A stretch of DNA of 64,000 nucleotides from Mycoplasmatota bacterium (lineage in GTDB: Bacteria; Bacillota_I; Bacilli_A; Izemoplasmatales; Izemoplasmataceae). Position 1 is the stretch's first letter, and the number at the start of each line of letters is the position of its first letter. The stretch spans positions 259-64,258 of the forward strand of contig JAUVLT010000002.1 in the NCBI GenBank assembly GCA_030600605.1, read 5' to 3'. The notes below the pieces were generated by a model. It was not told where the DNA came from, ran no database searches, and worked only from the letters and a program-made list of their open reading frames with translations. Shown one piece after another: positions 56,675 to 64,000 of this stretch. The position numbers and the translations under genes are program-made.

Positions 56675-58888
56675 ATGAGAAAAGTAATTATCTTAAGTTT
56701 ATTTCTAATATTTTTATTAAGTGCTTGTTCTAAAGATGATAGAACTATTACTTTTAATATTGAAGATAATTATGAGATCGATATTCTTCTTGGTGAAGAT
56801 GATATAGATCTTAATTTTATCGAAGCAATTGATGAAGATGGTATGAATCTCTCTCCATTTTTGGAAATAGTCGGAGAATATGATTTAAATACTGTTGGTA
56901 CATATAATCTAACTATTACTGTTACTGATAATTTTGGAACACAAGGCTCAGTTGATATAATTCTTAATGTTATCGAGTTATCTTGTGAACAAGATAGTAC
57001 TCAAGATAAATGCATTATTTCAGTAACTAATATTTCATTTACTGAAGAAAGTGCTTTAGTAAATGAATTATATGTAAATGATTTTATTAAATTAAAATGG
57101 AACATCACTCCAAGTGATGCATTAAATAAAGATGTAATTATTACATCAAGCAATCCCTTAATTGCTACTGTCAATATCTATGGTTATGTTTTTGGAATTA
57201 GTGAGGGTAGTGTTGATATTACCATCAAAACAGTCGATGGAAACTTTACTTTGATAAAAACAATAAATATTATCGAAAAAAGTTGTGCACTTGATCCTTA
57301 CCAAGATAAGTGTATCAATCTATTTTTGTCTGATACAACAAGAATAATAACTTTACAAGATGAAAACATTAGTGGAACTGATTATACACAAGTCTATCTA
57401 AACAACAAAATTTATTATCAAATATTTGTAAGAAGTTTTGCTGATAGTGATGGCGATAATATTGGTGATTTCCAAGGTATTATTGATAATTTAACATATT
57501 TAAAAAGTTTAGGTGTTGGTGGTCTTTGGTTAATGCCAATGATGCAATCACGCGCAGACCACGGCTATGAAACTGATGATTATTATGATGTTGATGATGA
57601 ATATGGAACAATGGTTGACTTTAAAGAATTAGTAAGCGCAGCTGAGTTAGTTGGTATTGATATTATTATCGATTTAGTCATTAATCATATGGGTGCTCAT
57701 AATGATATTTTCCAAGATGTTTTAAAAAACGGTACAAGTAGTATCTATTATGATTGGTTCACTTGGATTGATAATACTGATTCAAGATATGGAACAAAAG
57801 GATCTTGGGGACAAACTATTTGGTGGAACCCATCTAGTAATCCCTACATAAAGAAAACAACTTTTTCTGTTCATTCATCTTTAAATGGGAAATACTTCGC
57901 AGGATATTTTTCAGAATGGATGCCAGATTTAAACTTCACAAATACAGAAGTAGTTAATTATATTTATGATGTTGGAACATGGTGGCTTGAAGAAACAGGT
58001 ATAAAAGGATATCGAATGGATGCGATAGCTCATATTTATGGATATAATGAATACCTTGGTATTAGTGATACACATCAAGCTAATATCGATCTCTTAACAA
58101 ATTTTAGAAATAATTGTTTACTTGCTAATTCTAATGTCTATATTGTTGGTGAAGTTTGGGATAGTTATTATACATATAGTAAGTATTACGAAGCAGGAAT
58201 TAGCACTTTTAACTTTGCAGTTGGTGATTATATAATTTCAGCAGTTAACGGGAATTTAGGAACTAGCTACAGTTCTGTTTTAGATCAGGTTTATAATGAA
58301 ATTGAAAAATATTCAACGGAGTATATTGATGCTCCATTCCTGAAAAATCATGATCAAGATAGAATTGCTAGTATCTTAGATAATGATGATAAACTAAGAA
58401 TGGCAGCTGAAGCATTATTATTTTTACCAGGTAATCCCTATATCTATTATGGTGATGAAATCGGAATGCTAGGAACAAGAACTAACTTCTTATGGGGAAC
58501 TTATTATGATTCTCTCTATGCTGATTACGCCGATCGATATGTCGATACAGTTAGTGAACAATTAGCACTTCCAGATTCTTTACTAAATGCATATATTGCA
58601 ATGGGTGAAACTAGAACAAATAGTTTGGCTTTAATGTATGGAGATTATCAAGCATATTCAGAAGGGGGACTAGATGGTTTCTTCCGAATATTTGAAAATG
58701 GTGAAGATAAAGAACTTGTTATTGTATTATTTAACTTCAGTTCAGTTTATAGTAAACCAATTCCTCCAGGATTTACAAGCTATGAAATACTATACAGTAG
58801 TTATGAAAATAACTTTGGGGGAATATCTCCAAAAGGAACTATTGTATTAAAAATACCTTATGAACTTAAAGATACATTTATCAATTAA
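56675..58888 (+). CDS. Lipoprotein GH13 alpha-amylase with N-terminal Ig-like module, two Cys-loops and a Big_2 domain (737 aa)
   Basis: Lipobox LLSAC. Ig-like module (GTYNLTITVTDNFG). CEQDSTQDKC. Big_2-like ITPSDALNKDVIITSSNPLIATV...GSVDITIKT. CALDPYQDKC. GH13 regions DLVINHMG, GYRMDAIAH, VGEVWD and FLKNHDQDR. Confidence 0.9.
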   Translation: MRKVIILSLFLIFLLSACSKDDRTITFNIEDNYEIDILLGEDDIDLNFIEAIDEDGMNLSPFLEIVGEYDLNTVGTYNLTITVTDNFGTQGSVDIILNVIELSCEQDSTQDKCIISVTNISFTEESALVNELYVNDFIKLKWNITPSDALNKDVIITSSNPLIATVNIYGYVFGISEGSVDITIKTVDGNFTLIKTINIIEKSCALDPYQDKCINLFLSDTTRIITLQDENISGTDYTQVYLNNKIYYQIFVRSFADSDGDNIGDFQGIIDNLTYLKSLGVGGLWLMPMMQSRADHGYETDDYYDVDDEYGTMVDFKELVSAAELVGIDIIIDLVINHMGAHNDIFQDVLKNGTSSIYYDWFTWIDNTDSRYGTKGSWGQTIWWNPSSNPYIKKTTFSVHSSLNGKYFAGYFSEWMPDLNFTNTEVVNYIYDVGTWWLEETGIKGYRMDAIAHIYGYNEYLGISDTHQANIDLLTNFRNNCLLANSNVYIVGEVWDSYYTYSKYYEAGISTFNFAVGDYIISAVNGNLGTSYSSVLDQVYNEIEKYSTEYIDAPFLKNHDQDRIASILDNDDKLRMAAEALLFLPGNPYIYYGDEIGMLGTRTNFLWGTYYDSLYADYADRYVDTVSEQLALPDSLLNAYIAMGETRTNSLALMYGDYQAYSEGGLDGFFRIFENGEDKELVIVLFNFSSVYSKPIPPGFTSYEILYSSYENNFGGISPKGTIVLKIPYELKDTFIN

Positions 58889-58890
58889 AA

Positions 58891-58911
58891 AATAGAGCAG
58901 ATTGCTCTATT
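58891..58911. terminator. Bidirectional rho-independent terminator (amylase / pheA)
   Basis: AATAGAGCA/TGCTCTATT stem flanked by A- and T-runs. The pheA stop codon lies in the right arm. Confidence 0.65.
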
Positions 58912-59716
58912 TTTTCTTAGAATAATAAGAACCAAGTATTCTCAGTAAATCCGATTTATACTTTATTACCTCTAGTGCTTCTTTTATCAAAGGATCATCA
59001 ATATTACCATAAAAATCTAAATAAAATAAATATTCTCCTAAAGCACTTTTTCTTGGTCTTGATTCAATTTTCGCTAAATCAATATTTCTAATCGCAAATT
59101 CATGTAAGATATCATATAACGCTCCTGGTTTATTTGTCTTAGAAGCACAAACAATTGATGTTTTATTATGAAAGCCAATCACTTCAAGTGACTTCGTAAT
59201 AAAGATAAATCTTGTTGAGTTATATTTACTATCTCTAACATTTTCAAGTAATATATTTAAACTACTAGAGATACCGTTTTTAGATGCTACTGCGCCATAA
59301 CTGTCATCTAGATCAGCAAGCTTTTTAATAGCATCAGATGTCGAAGTTGTAGTTACTTCTCTAAATTTGCCAAGTTTCTTTCTTAGTGTATTACGACATT
59401 CTGCTAAAGCATGGGGATTAGAAATAATATTTTTTATTTTTGATAAATCACGATTTTTAGAAATTAGAGATAACTGAATATCCATTACTATTTCACGATT
59501 AATATGAAAATCAGAATCAGTAAGTTTATCTAGTACTTCAGTAATAGATCCATCAATTGAATTTTCAATTGGTACAACTATTCCAATCACTTCATCATTT
59601 CTTAAAGCCTCAAATAGCTTAAAAATATTTTTATATGAAACCAGTTCTTTTTTAACGTAAAATGACGCAGCTGCGAAATATGTGAAAGAATTCTCTGGTC
59701 CTAAATAACCAATCAT
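58907..59716 (-). CDS. pheA: Prephenate dehydratase (PDT plus ACT domains)
   Basis: MIGYLGPENSFTY, VVPIENSIDGSI, TRF, and the ACT region KPGALYDILHEFAIRNIDLAKIESRP. Confidence 0.88.
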   Translation of the reverse strand: MIGYLGPENSFTYFAAASFYVKKELVSYKNIFKLFEALRNDEVIGIVVPIENSIDGSITEVLDKLTDSDFHINREIVMDIQLSLISKNRDLSKIKNIISNPHALAECRNTLRKKLGKFREVTTTSTSDAIKKLADLDDSYGAVASKNGISSSLNILLENVRDSKYNSTRFIFITKSLEVIGFHNKTSIVCASKTNKPGALYDILHEFAIRNIDLAKIESRPRKSALGEYLFYLDFYGNIDDPLIKEALEVIKYKSDLLRILGSYYSKKK

Positions 59717-59750
59717 ACAACTACCTCACTTTCTATAATAATTATCTTTA

Positions 59751-60245
59751 TTAAATATTCTCAATCGTAATATTTGTTTCTGCTTCTTTGAATGTATATT
59801 CAATAGAATCATCTGTAATATTTAGTATTAAATATGATGGAGCCATTTTTGATCTAGGATTACGAATACTTCCTGGATTTATTAAAAGTAAATCTCCAAC
59901 TTTGTCAACCTTTGCAACATGTGTATGACCATAAAGAGCAATATCACATTCAATTGCTAGTGCATGTTGCAGTAATTTTTTAAGTGACTTATGAACACCA
60001 TATTTATGTCCATGAGTTAAAAATAATTCTTTATTTCCTACTTGTAATGTACTTTCAAATACAAATCCACTATCTCTTGGATAATTACCCTTAATAGCAA
60101 TTATATCTAAATCCATTAAAAAACTTATCGGAAGTTCACTATCACCTAGTGAAACTAAAAAATCAGCATCAGGGTTAAAACTTATAATTCTTTCTATTAT
60201 TGTTTTATTACCGTGTGCATCGCTGAAAACAACAACTTTCATCAA
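59751..60245 (-). CDS. yfcE: YfcE/MJ0936-family metallophosphoesterase
   Basis: Motifs FSDAHGN, GDSE, GNYPRD, THGH and GHTH. Confidence 0.85.
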   Translation of the reverse strand: MMKVVVFSDAHGNKTIIERIISFNPDADFLVSLGDSELPISFLMDLDIIAIKGNYPRDSGFVFESTLQVGNKELFLTHGHKYGVHKSLKKLLQHALAIECDIALYGHTHVAKVDKVGDLLLINPGSIRNPRSKMAPSYLILNITDDSIEYTFKEAETNITIENI

Positions 60246-60315
60246 ATCACCTTCTTCTTTATAATTATATCAAATTATTATAAAAATACTATGAAATCAA
60301 CAATATTTAAAAATT

Positions 60316-60344
60316 AAGAGTAGAGAAAATAGCTCTCTACTCTT
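60316..60344 (-). terminator. Rho-independent terminator after rubrerythrin
   Basis: AAGAGTAGAGA/TCTCTACTCTT 11-bp stem, followed by a T-rich run on the minus strand. Confidence 0.7.
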
Positions 60345-60352
60345 AATAAATT

Positions 60353-60925
60353 TTAATAATTAGTTTTTACTTTTTCAAAATACGCTTTAGGATGCAAACA
60401 AACAGGGCACATTCCCGGAGCTCTTTTTCCGAAATGAATATGTCCACAATTTCTGCAGAACCAAGCTGTTTCTTTTTCACTAACAAAGACAATATCCTTT
60501 TCAATGTTACTTAATAATTTACGATATCTTTCTTCATGTTCTTTTTCGATTTTAGCAATCATTTTGAATGATGCAGCAATTTTTGGGAACCCTTCTTTTG
60601 CAGCAATTCTAGCAAATTCTGGATATAATTCATCCCACTCTTCAAATTCACCTTCAGCAGCAGCTAATAGATTTTCAGTTGTTGATCCTTCAATTCCTGC
60701 GGGATAAGTAGCAGTAATCTCAACAGCTCCACCTTCTAAATGTCTAAAAAAGATTTTAGCATGTTCATATTCATTTGCAGCTGTTTCCAAAAATAACGCA
60801 GCAATTTGTTCATACCCTTCTTTTTTAGCTATTTTAGCAAACATTGTATAACGATTTCTAGCTTGTGATTCTCCAGCAAAAGCTTTAAGTAGGTTTTGTT
60901 CAGTTTGTGTTCCTTTTATTGACAT
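60353..60925 (-). CDS. rbr: Rubrerythrin
   Basis: Ferritin-like diiron motifs (ESQARNRY, EYEHAKIF, EGEFEEW, EKEHEERY) plus a C-terminal rubredoxin CRNCG...CPVC. Confidence 0.92.
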   Translation of the reverse strand: MSIKGTQTEQNLLKAFAGESQARNRYTMFAKIAKKEGYEQIAALFLETAANEYEHAKIFFRHLEGGAVEITATYPAGIEGSTTENLLAAAEGEFEEWDELYPEFARIAAKEGFPKIAASFKMIAKIEKEHEERYRKLLSNIEKDIVFVSEKETAWFCRNCGHIHFGKRAPGMCPVCLHPKAYFEKVKTNY

Positions 60926-60968
60926 AATAACCCTCTTTTCTTTTCTATTATTTAAATTATAACACTAG

Positions 60969-61553
60969 TTATTTACTTTTTAAATGATTAATTAATTTTA
61001 ACAAACACTTTCCTCGGTGACTTATTTTATTTTTTTCTTCTAAACTTATTTCAGCTAAATTCTTATTTAACTCTGGTACATAAAAAATGGGATCGTATCC
61101 AAATCCATTGCTCCCAGCGTGCTTTTCACTGATTTCACCATATAGATAATCTTCAAAGAAAACAGGATCATTATTAGGGTGATACAAACACATTGAAGTT
61201 ACAAAGCGAGCAGAACGGTCGCTTTTTCCTTTTAAGTTTTTTAGAAGAAGCTCATTATTCTTTTCATAGTTTCTTGTATCCCCAGCGTACCTGGCAGAAT
61301 ACACTCCTGGCTCATTATTTAAAGCAATAACTTCAAGTCCTGAATCATCAGCTAATACTATCTTATTTAGATAATCAGATAACTCTTTTGCTTTCTTAAA
61401 AGCATTAGCTTTAAAAGTTTTTCCATCTTCAATAATTTCTGGGAACTCGTCAAAATCAAACAAAGTTAACACTTTATAACCTAGGGGTTCTAGCATCTTC
61501 TTCATTTCAATTATCTTATGTTCGTTTTTTGTTGCGATTACTATTTCTTTCAT
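60969..61553 (-). CDS. rdgB: XTP/dITP diphosphatase (RdgB/HAM1 family)
   Basis: IVIATKNEHKIIEM, DDSGLEV, PGVYSARY, GFGYDPIF and SHRG. Confidence 0.9.
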   Translation of the reverse strand: MKEIVIATKNEHKIIEMKKMLEPLGYKVLTLFDFDEFPEIIEDGKTFKANAFKKAKELSDYLNKIVLADDSGLEVIALNNEPGVYSARYAGDTRNYEKNNELLLKNLKGKSDRSARFVTSMCLYHPNNDPVFFEDYLYGEISEKHAGSNGFGYDPIFYVPELNKNLAEISLEEKNKISHRGKCLLKLINHLKSK

Positions 61554-61604
61554 CGTTTATCACCTAAAATCATTATAACATACTAAAAAACATTCTTGTC
61601 AATT

Positions 61605-61632
61605 TACAAAAAAAGAAGTCAGTAATGACTTC
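61605..61632 (-). terminator. Rho-independent terminator after the 138-aa orphan gene
   Basis: GAAGTCA/TGACTTC stem with a 4-nt loop, followed by T7-8 on the minus strand. Confidence 0.65.
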
Positions 61633-61730
61633 TAAATTATAGAAAAAGACACAAAGAACTAGTTTTTATCTAAATGTATCATTTTGTGTCTACTAAGTCT
61701 TGACAAGTTCATTCTCTGTTTCTTTTAGAT

Positions 61731-62147
61731 TTAATTATCGATTTCCATATTAATGGAATCGATCCCTTTAAGTTCCTTTTTAAAGAAATCCATTGCTTTG
61801 CTCAAGTTCTGCTTATGATATGGATATGATTTGGATTGATTTAAATAAATTATCTTATTTATTTTCTTCCAATGACTATACCCTAAATTCTTAAGATCTT
61901 TATGTTTACTGCTTAAAATGAAGTAAACGAATTCTCTACCTTTAAGACGATGATTTTTCTTTTTTTGGGTTCCATAGATTTCAAGTAAATGTTTTAATAC
62001 TATTGAACAACGTACTAAATCATCCGCTTTAAAATGTTTTTCCATCATTTTAACATTCACTTTAAGTGTTCCTCCTGTAGCCTCTTCTTTGTGAACTGGG
62101 CTTTTTTTAAACATTTTTTTTAAAGAATTAATAAATTTTTTGTCCAT
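61731..62147 (-). CDS. Hypothetical basic protein (138 aa)
   Basis: Lys-rich ORF with an RBS (AAGGAGTATAAAATG) and a downstream terminator. No family recognised. Confidence 0.55.
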   Translation of the reverse strand: MDKKFINSLKKMFKKSPVHKEEATGGTLKVNVKMMEKHFKADDLVRCSIVLKHLLEIYGTQKKKNHRLKGREFVYFILSSKHKDLKNLGYSHWKKINKIIYLNQSKSYPYHKQNLSKAMDFFKKELKGIDSINMEIDN

Positions 62148-62186
62148 TTTATACTCCTTATTTATATACTTTTTTTTACACTCTAG

Positions 62187-62270
62187 CTATATAATAATAC
62201 TAGTGTATGAAATAATCAATATGATATGTTTAGAAAAAGAAAGTTTATTTAATATTATTTTAACTAACAT
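62187..62270 (-). CDS. Candidate 27-aa hydrophobic small peptide
   Basis: ATG at 62268-62270 lies 5 nt after AAAGGAGAG. Product: MLVKIILNKLSFSKHIILIISYTSIII. Has its own extended -10 at 62297-62305. Not in the ORF track (too short). Confidence 0.3.
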   Translation of the reverse strand: MLVKIILNKLSFSKHIILIISYTSIII

Positions 62271-62296
62271 CAAATCTCTCCTTTCCTTTCTCTCTT

Positions 62297-62305
62297 ATTA
62301 TATCA
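62297..62305 (-). promoter_or_regulatory. Extended -10 element (minus strand TGATATAAT) upstream of the 27-aa ORF
   Basis: TGnTATAAT match about 27 nt upstream of the ATG at 62270. Confidence 0.35.
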
Positions 62306-62397
62306 CGTAAGATATAAGTATACATTAAGATTTGACACTAAGGTAAATGACTTCTGTTTTGTTATAACGGTGTTGGAGACCTATAATGCATCTTAGA

Positions 62398-62805
62398 TCA
62401 TGACTTTTCAATAATCATTTTTCTTTTCATCTCATATTCGTTCTTAGTTATTATACCTTTATCATGTAACGATTTTAGCTCAATTAATTGAATTTCCATA
62501 TATGATGAGTTACTCTCGACGTTTGATTCATGATTTCCTACTAAAACTAATATGCCTCCAAGAACACTGCTAAATATCCCAAGAATACCCACTATTTTAT
62601 AATTTTTCACAACATTGACATGATACAAAAATGTCACTATCAAACTTAACTGAGAAATAATAAATAAAAAGAATAGAAAATAAATTAGTCCATCATCAAT
62701 ATTATTATTATCAAATATTCCCATTAAATTTATTATAACAGTTATAGACCCTAAATATATAATTATTATTCCAGCCAAATCTAATCCTTTGTGTGATTTT
62801 TGCAT
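62398..62805 (-). CDS. Membrane protein with C-terminal SHOCT domain (135 aa)
   Basis: 3-4 TM helices followed by LKSLHDKGIITKNEYEMKRKMI (SHOCT-like short oligomerisation motif). Confidence 0.7.
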   Translation of the reverse strand: MQKSHKGLDLAGIIIIYLGSITVIINLMGIFDNNNIDDGLIYFLFFLFIISQLSLIVTFLYHVNVVKNYKIVGILGIFSSVLGGILVLVGNHESNVESNSSYMEIQLIELKSLHDKGIITKNEYEMKRKMIIEKS

Positions 62806-62949
62806 AATATCATCTCCTTCACTTCTATTTTATCATAAAAAATTAGATAAGGAAAATCAATATAAATAAGAAATTTATTCATATCAAAAAAATCGCATAC
62901 TTAAAAAACTAGAATAAACTAGTTATTTAAGATATAATTAAATTAGGTT

Positions 62950-64000
62950 TTAATTGCGGAATAATTCTCCGCTCATATGCATACTATAAATTATTCGTAG
63001 TAATTTGTTTGCACATGCAATTAAGGCAGCTTTATAGGCCATAGGCTTATCTTGCTGTCTTTTTTTATTATAGTAATCTACTATCAAGTTTTGTTGTCCT
63101 GTTCTAATATTTGATGCAACTGCTAAATACAATAAAGTTCTCAAATTCTTATTTCCTTTTTTGGTGATTCGAAGATGTTCACCTGTCATCTTACCTGATT
63201 GATATACAATCGGATCTATTCCTGCGTACGCCACTAATTGACGTTTATTACTAAATCTTGATAAGTCTCCAAGTTCTGCTAGAATTCTTATTGCTAGATT
63301 TTCACCTATTCCTGGTATTGATAATAATTGAATATATAATGGATTTCTTTTACTTATAGTCTTCATATTTTTAAGAAGATTTTTGATTTCAATTTGTTTT
63401 AATTCTATCAGACTAATTAAACTTTTGAGAATAGTTACTTCAATACTATCCTTGTCACAACCAGAAAGAGCCTTTAGACTATACTCCTTTAATTTATTTG
63501 CTTGATGTATATTATAATTCTCTTTATGAGTTGTATGCTTTGTTAAGTATTTAACTATGGTATCCACCCTATGTCTTTCTAAGCTGTCTGGATGTGGGTA
63601 TTTCTTTAAAATTGTTATAGGCACTATCAAATATGGATTGTCAAATAATTCATCAAACCTTGGGTAAACTATATCAAGATAATTTCTAAAACTAACCTTC
63701 ATTACTCTTAACTGATCAATCAGAAAATTATAATGTCGATTCATTATCTTTAGTGTCTCATAAACCATATTTTGTCTCATGTAAATTCTATAGTCTTTCA
63801 AAAAATATGCTTTAGCGATGCTTTCACAATCTTTTTTATCCGTCTTTGTTGATCGTAAACTGCTTTTCCTTATCTTTGCTGCTTCAAGAGGATTTAGTAT
63901 TATATATTTTTGTTGTTGTACTTCTAAAAACTGTTGAAGACTTCTATGATATATTCCTGTAGCTTCAAATACATAGACAACTTCATTATGTTGTTCTCGT
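62950..64000 (-). CDS. IS110-family transposase (DEDD recombinase), 5' end outside the window
   Basis: C-terminal Transposase_20 motifs IPGIGENLAIRILAELGDLSRF and DPIVYQSGK...ITKKGNKNLR. The frame stays open upstream of the ORF-track TTG start (63801) to position 64000, encoding ...VYVFEATGIYHRSLQQFLEVQQQKYIILNPLEAAKIRKSSLRSTKTDKKDCESIAKAYF, the IS110 N-terminal domain. Confidence 0.88.
   Translation of the reverse strand, partial: REQHNEVVYVFEATGIYHRSLQQFLEVQQQKYIILNPLEAAKIRKSSLRSTKTDKKDCESIAKAYFLKDYRIYMRQNMVYETLKIMNRHYNFLIDQLRVMKVSFRNYLDIVYPRFDELFDNPYLIVPITILKKYPHPDSLERHRVDTIVKYLTKHTTHKENYNIHQANKLKEYSLKALSGCDKDSIEVTILKSLISLIELKQIEIKNLLKNMKTISKRNPLYIQLLSIPGIGENLAIRILAELGDLSRFSNKRQLVAYAGIDPIVYQSGKMTGEHLRITKKGNKNLRTLLYLAVASNIRTGQQNLIVDYYNKKRQQDKPMAYKAALIACANKLLRIIYSMHMSGELFRN
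62950..64000 (-). mobile_element. IS110-family insertion sequence (partial; ends not defined)
   Basis: Contains the transposase gene. IS110-family elements lack classical terminal inverted repeats, so the boundaries cannot be set from this window. The 3' end lies somewhere in 62806-62949. Confidence 0.6.

Noticed and set aside
61640-61700. 9-bp inverted repeat AGACACAAA...TTTGTGTCT (about 61648-61691) as an IS end or RNA element
   Set aside because: The stem is short and the loop is 26 nt in AT-rich DNA. No matching repeat occurs elsewhere in the window. Evidence is insufficient.
63799-63801. ORF-track start (TTG at 63801) for the IS110 transposase
   Set aside because: The same frame continues without a stop to position 64000 and encodes the conserved IS110 N-terminal domain. 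The gene is cut by the window edge rather than starting here.
1-64000. Mycoplasma/Spiroplasma genetic code (TGA = Trp)
   Set aside because: Several well-supported genes end at TGA (120-122, 35264-35266, 36355-36357, 38667-38669). All conserved domains read through intact under the standard code with TGG for Trp.
1-64000. tRNA, rRNA or riboswitch/T-box leaders
   Set aside because: All intergenic regions are 280 bp or shorter and AT-rich, and none shows cloverleaf-compatible or conserved riboswitch cores that I could recognise. pheA has only a 34-bp upstream gap, so a T-box leader is excluded.

Overview
AT-rich (roughly 30% GC by eye) bacterial chromosomal segment read with the standard genetic code. 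TGA is a stop (e.g. 120-122, 35264-35266, 38667-38669), so this is not a code-4 mycoplasma. Almost all genes are on the minus strand. Positions 1-29.3 kb are mostly housekeeping: mnmA, nadE-nadD, peptidases, trmL, queG, nfo, a DEAD-box helicase, ispH, dinB, recN, dxs, xseAB and nusB. This stretch is interrupted by a 4-gene orphan secreted-protein/ABC cluster (1-2236) and a 1269-aa lipoprotein built from 11 tandem ~100-aa repeats (18395-22204). Positions 29.5-58.9 kb form one large alpha-glucan (starch/pullulan/glycogen) utilisation locus. It holds four GH13 enzymes: cytoplasmic oligo-1,6-glucosidase and neopullulanase-type enzymes, a TM-anchored type I pullulanase, and a lipoprotein alpha-amylase. 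It also holds a 1783-aa multi-module surface protein and two solute-binding proteins. Its core is a tightly coupled 7-gene operon (34093-45865). That operon contains two complete ABC permease pairs, a 1011-aa binding protein, an NHL-propeller/Yip1-like membrane protein and a 771-aa orphan ectoprotein, but no ATPase. This operon is my best candidate for an undescribed system. The right end (58.9-64 kb) carries pheA, yfcE, rubrerythrin and rdgB, then a small accessory patch ending in an IS110-family transposase that runs off the window. Surface proteins are anchored by lipoboxes or C-terminal TM helices and none has an LPXTG motif. Together with the composition, this suggests an Acholeplasma-like wall-less Mollicute or a close relative (inference only). 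I found no rRNA, tRNA or CRISPR array. All homology calls come from motif recognition by eye; no searches were run.
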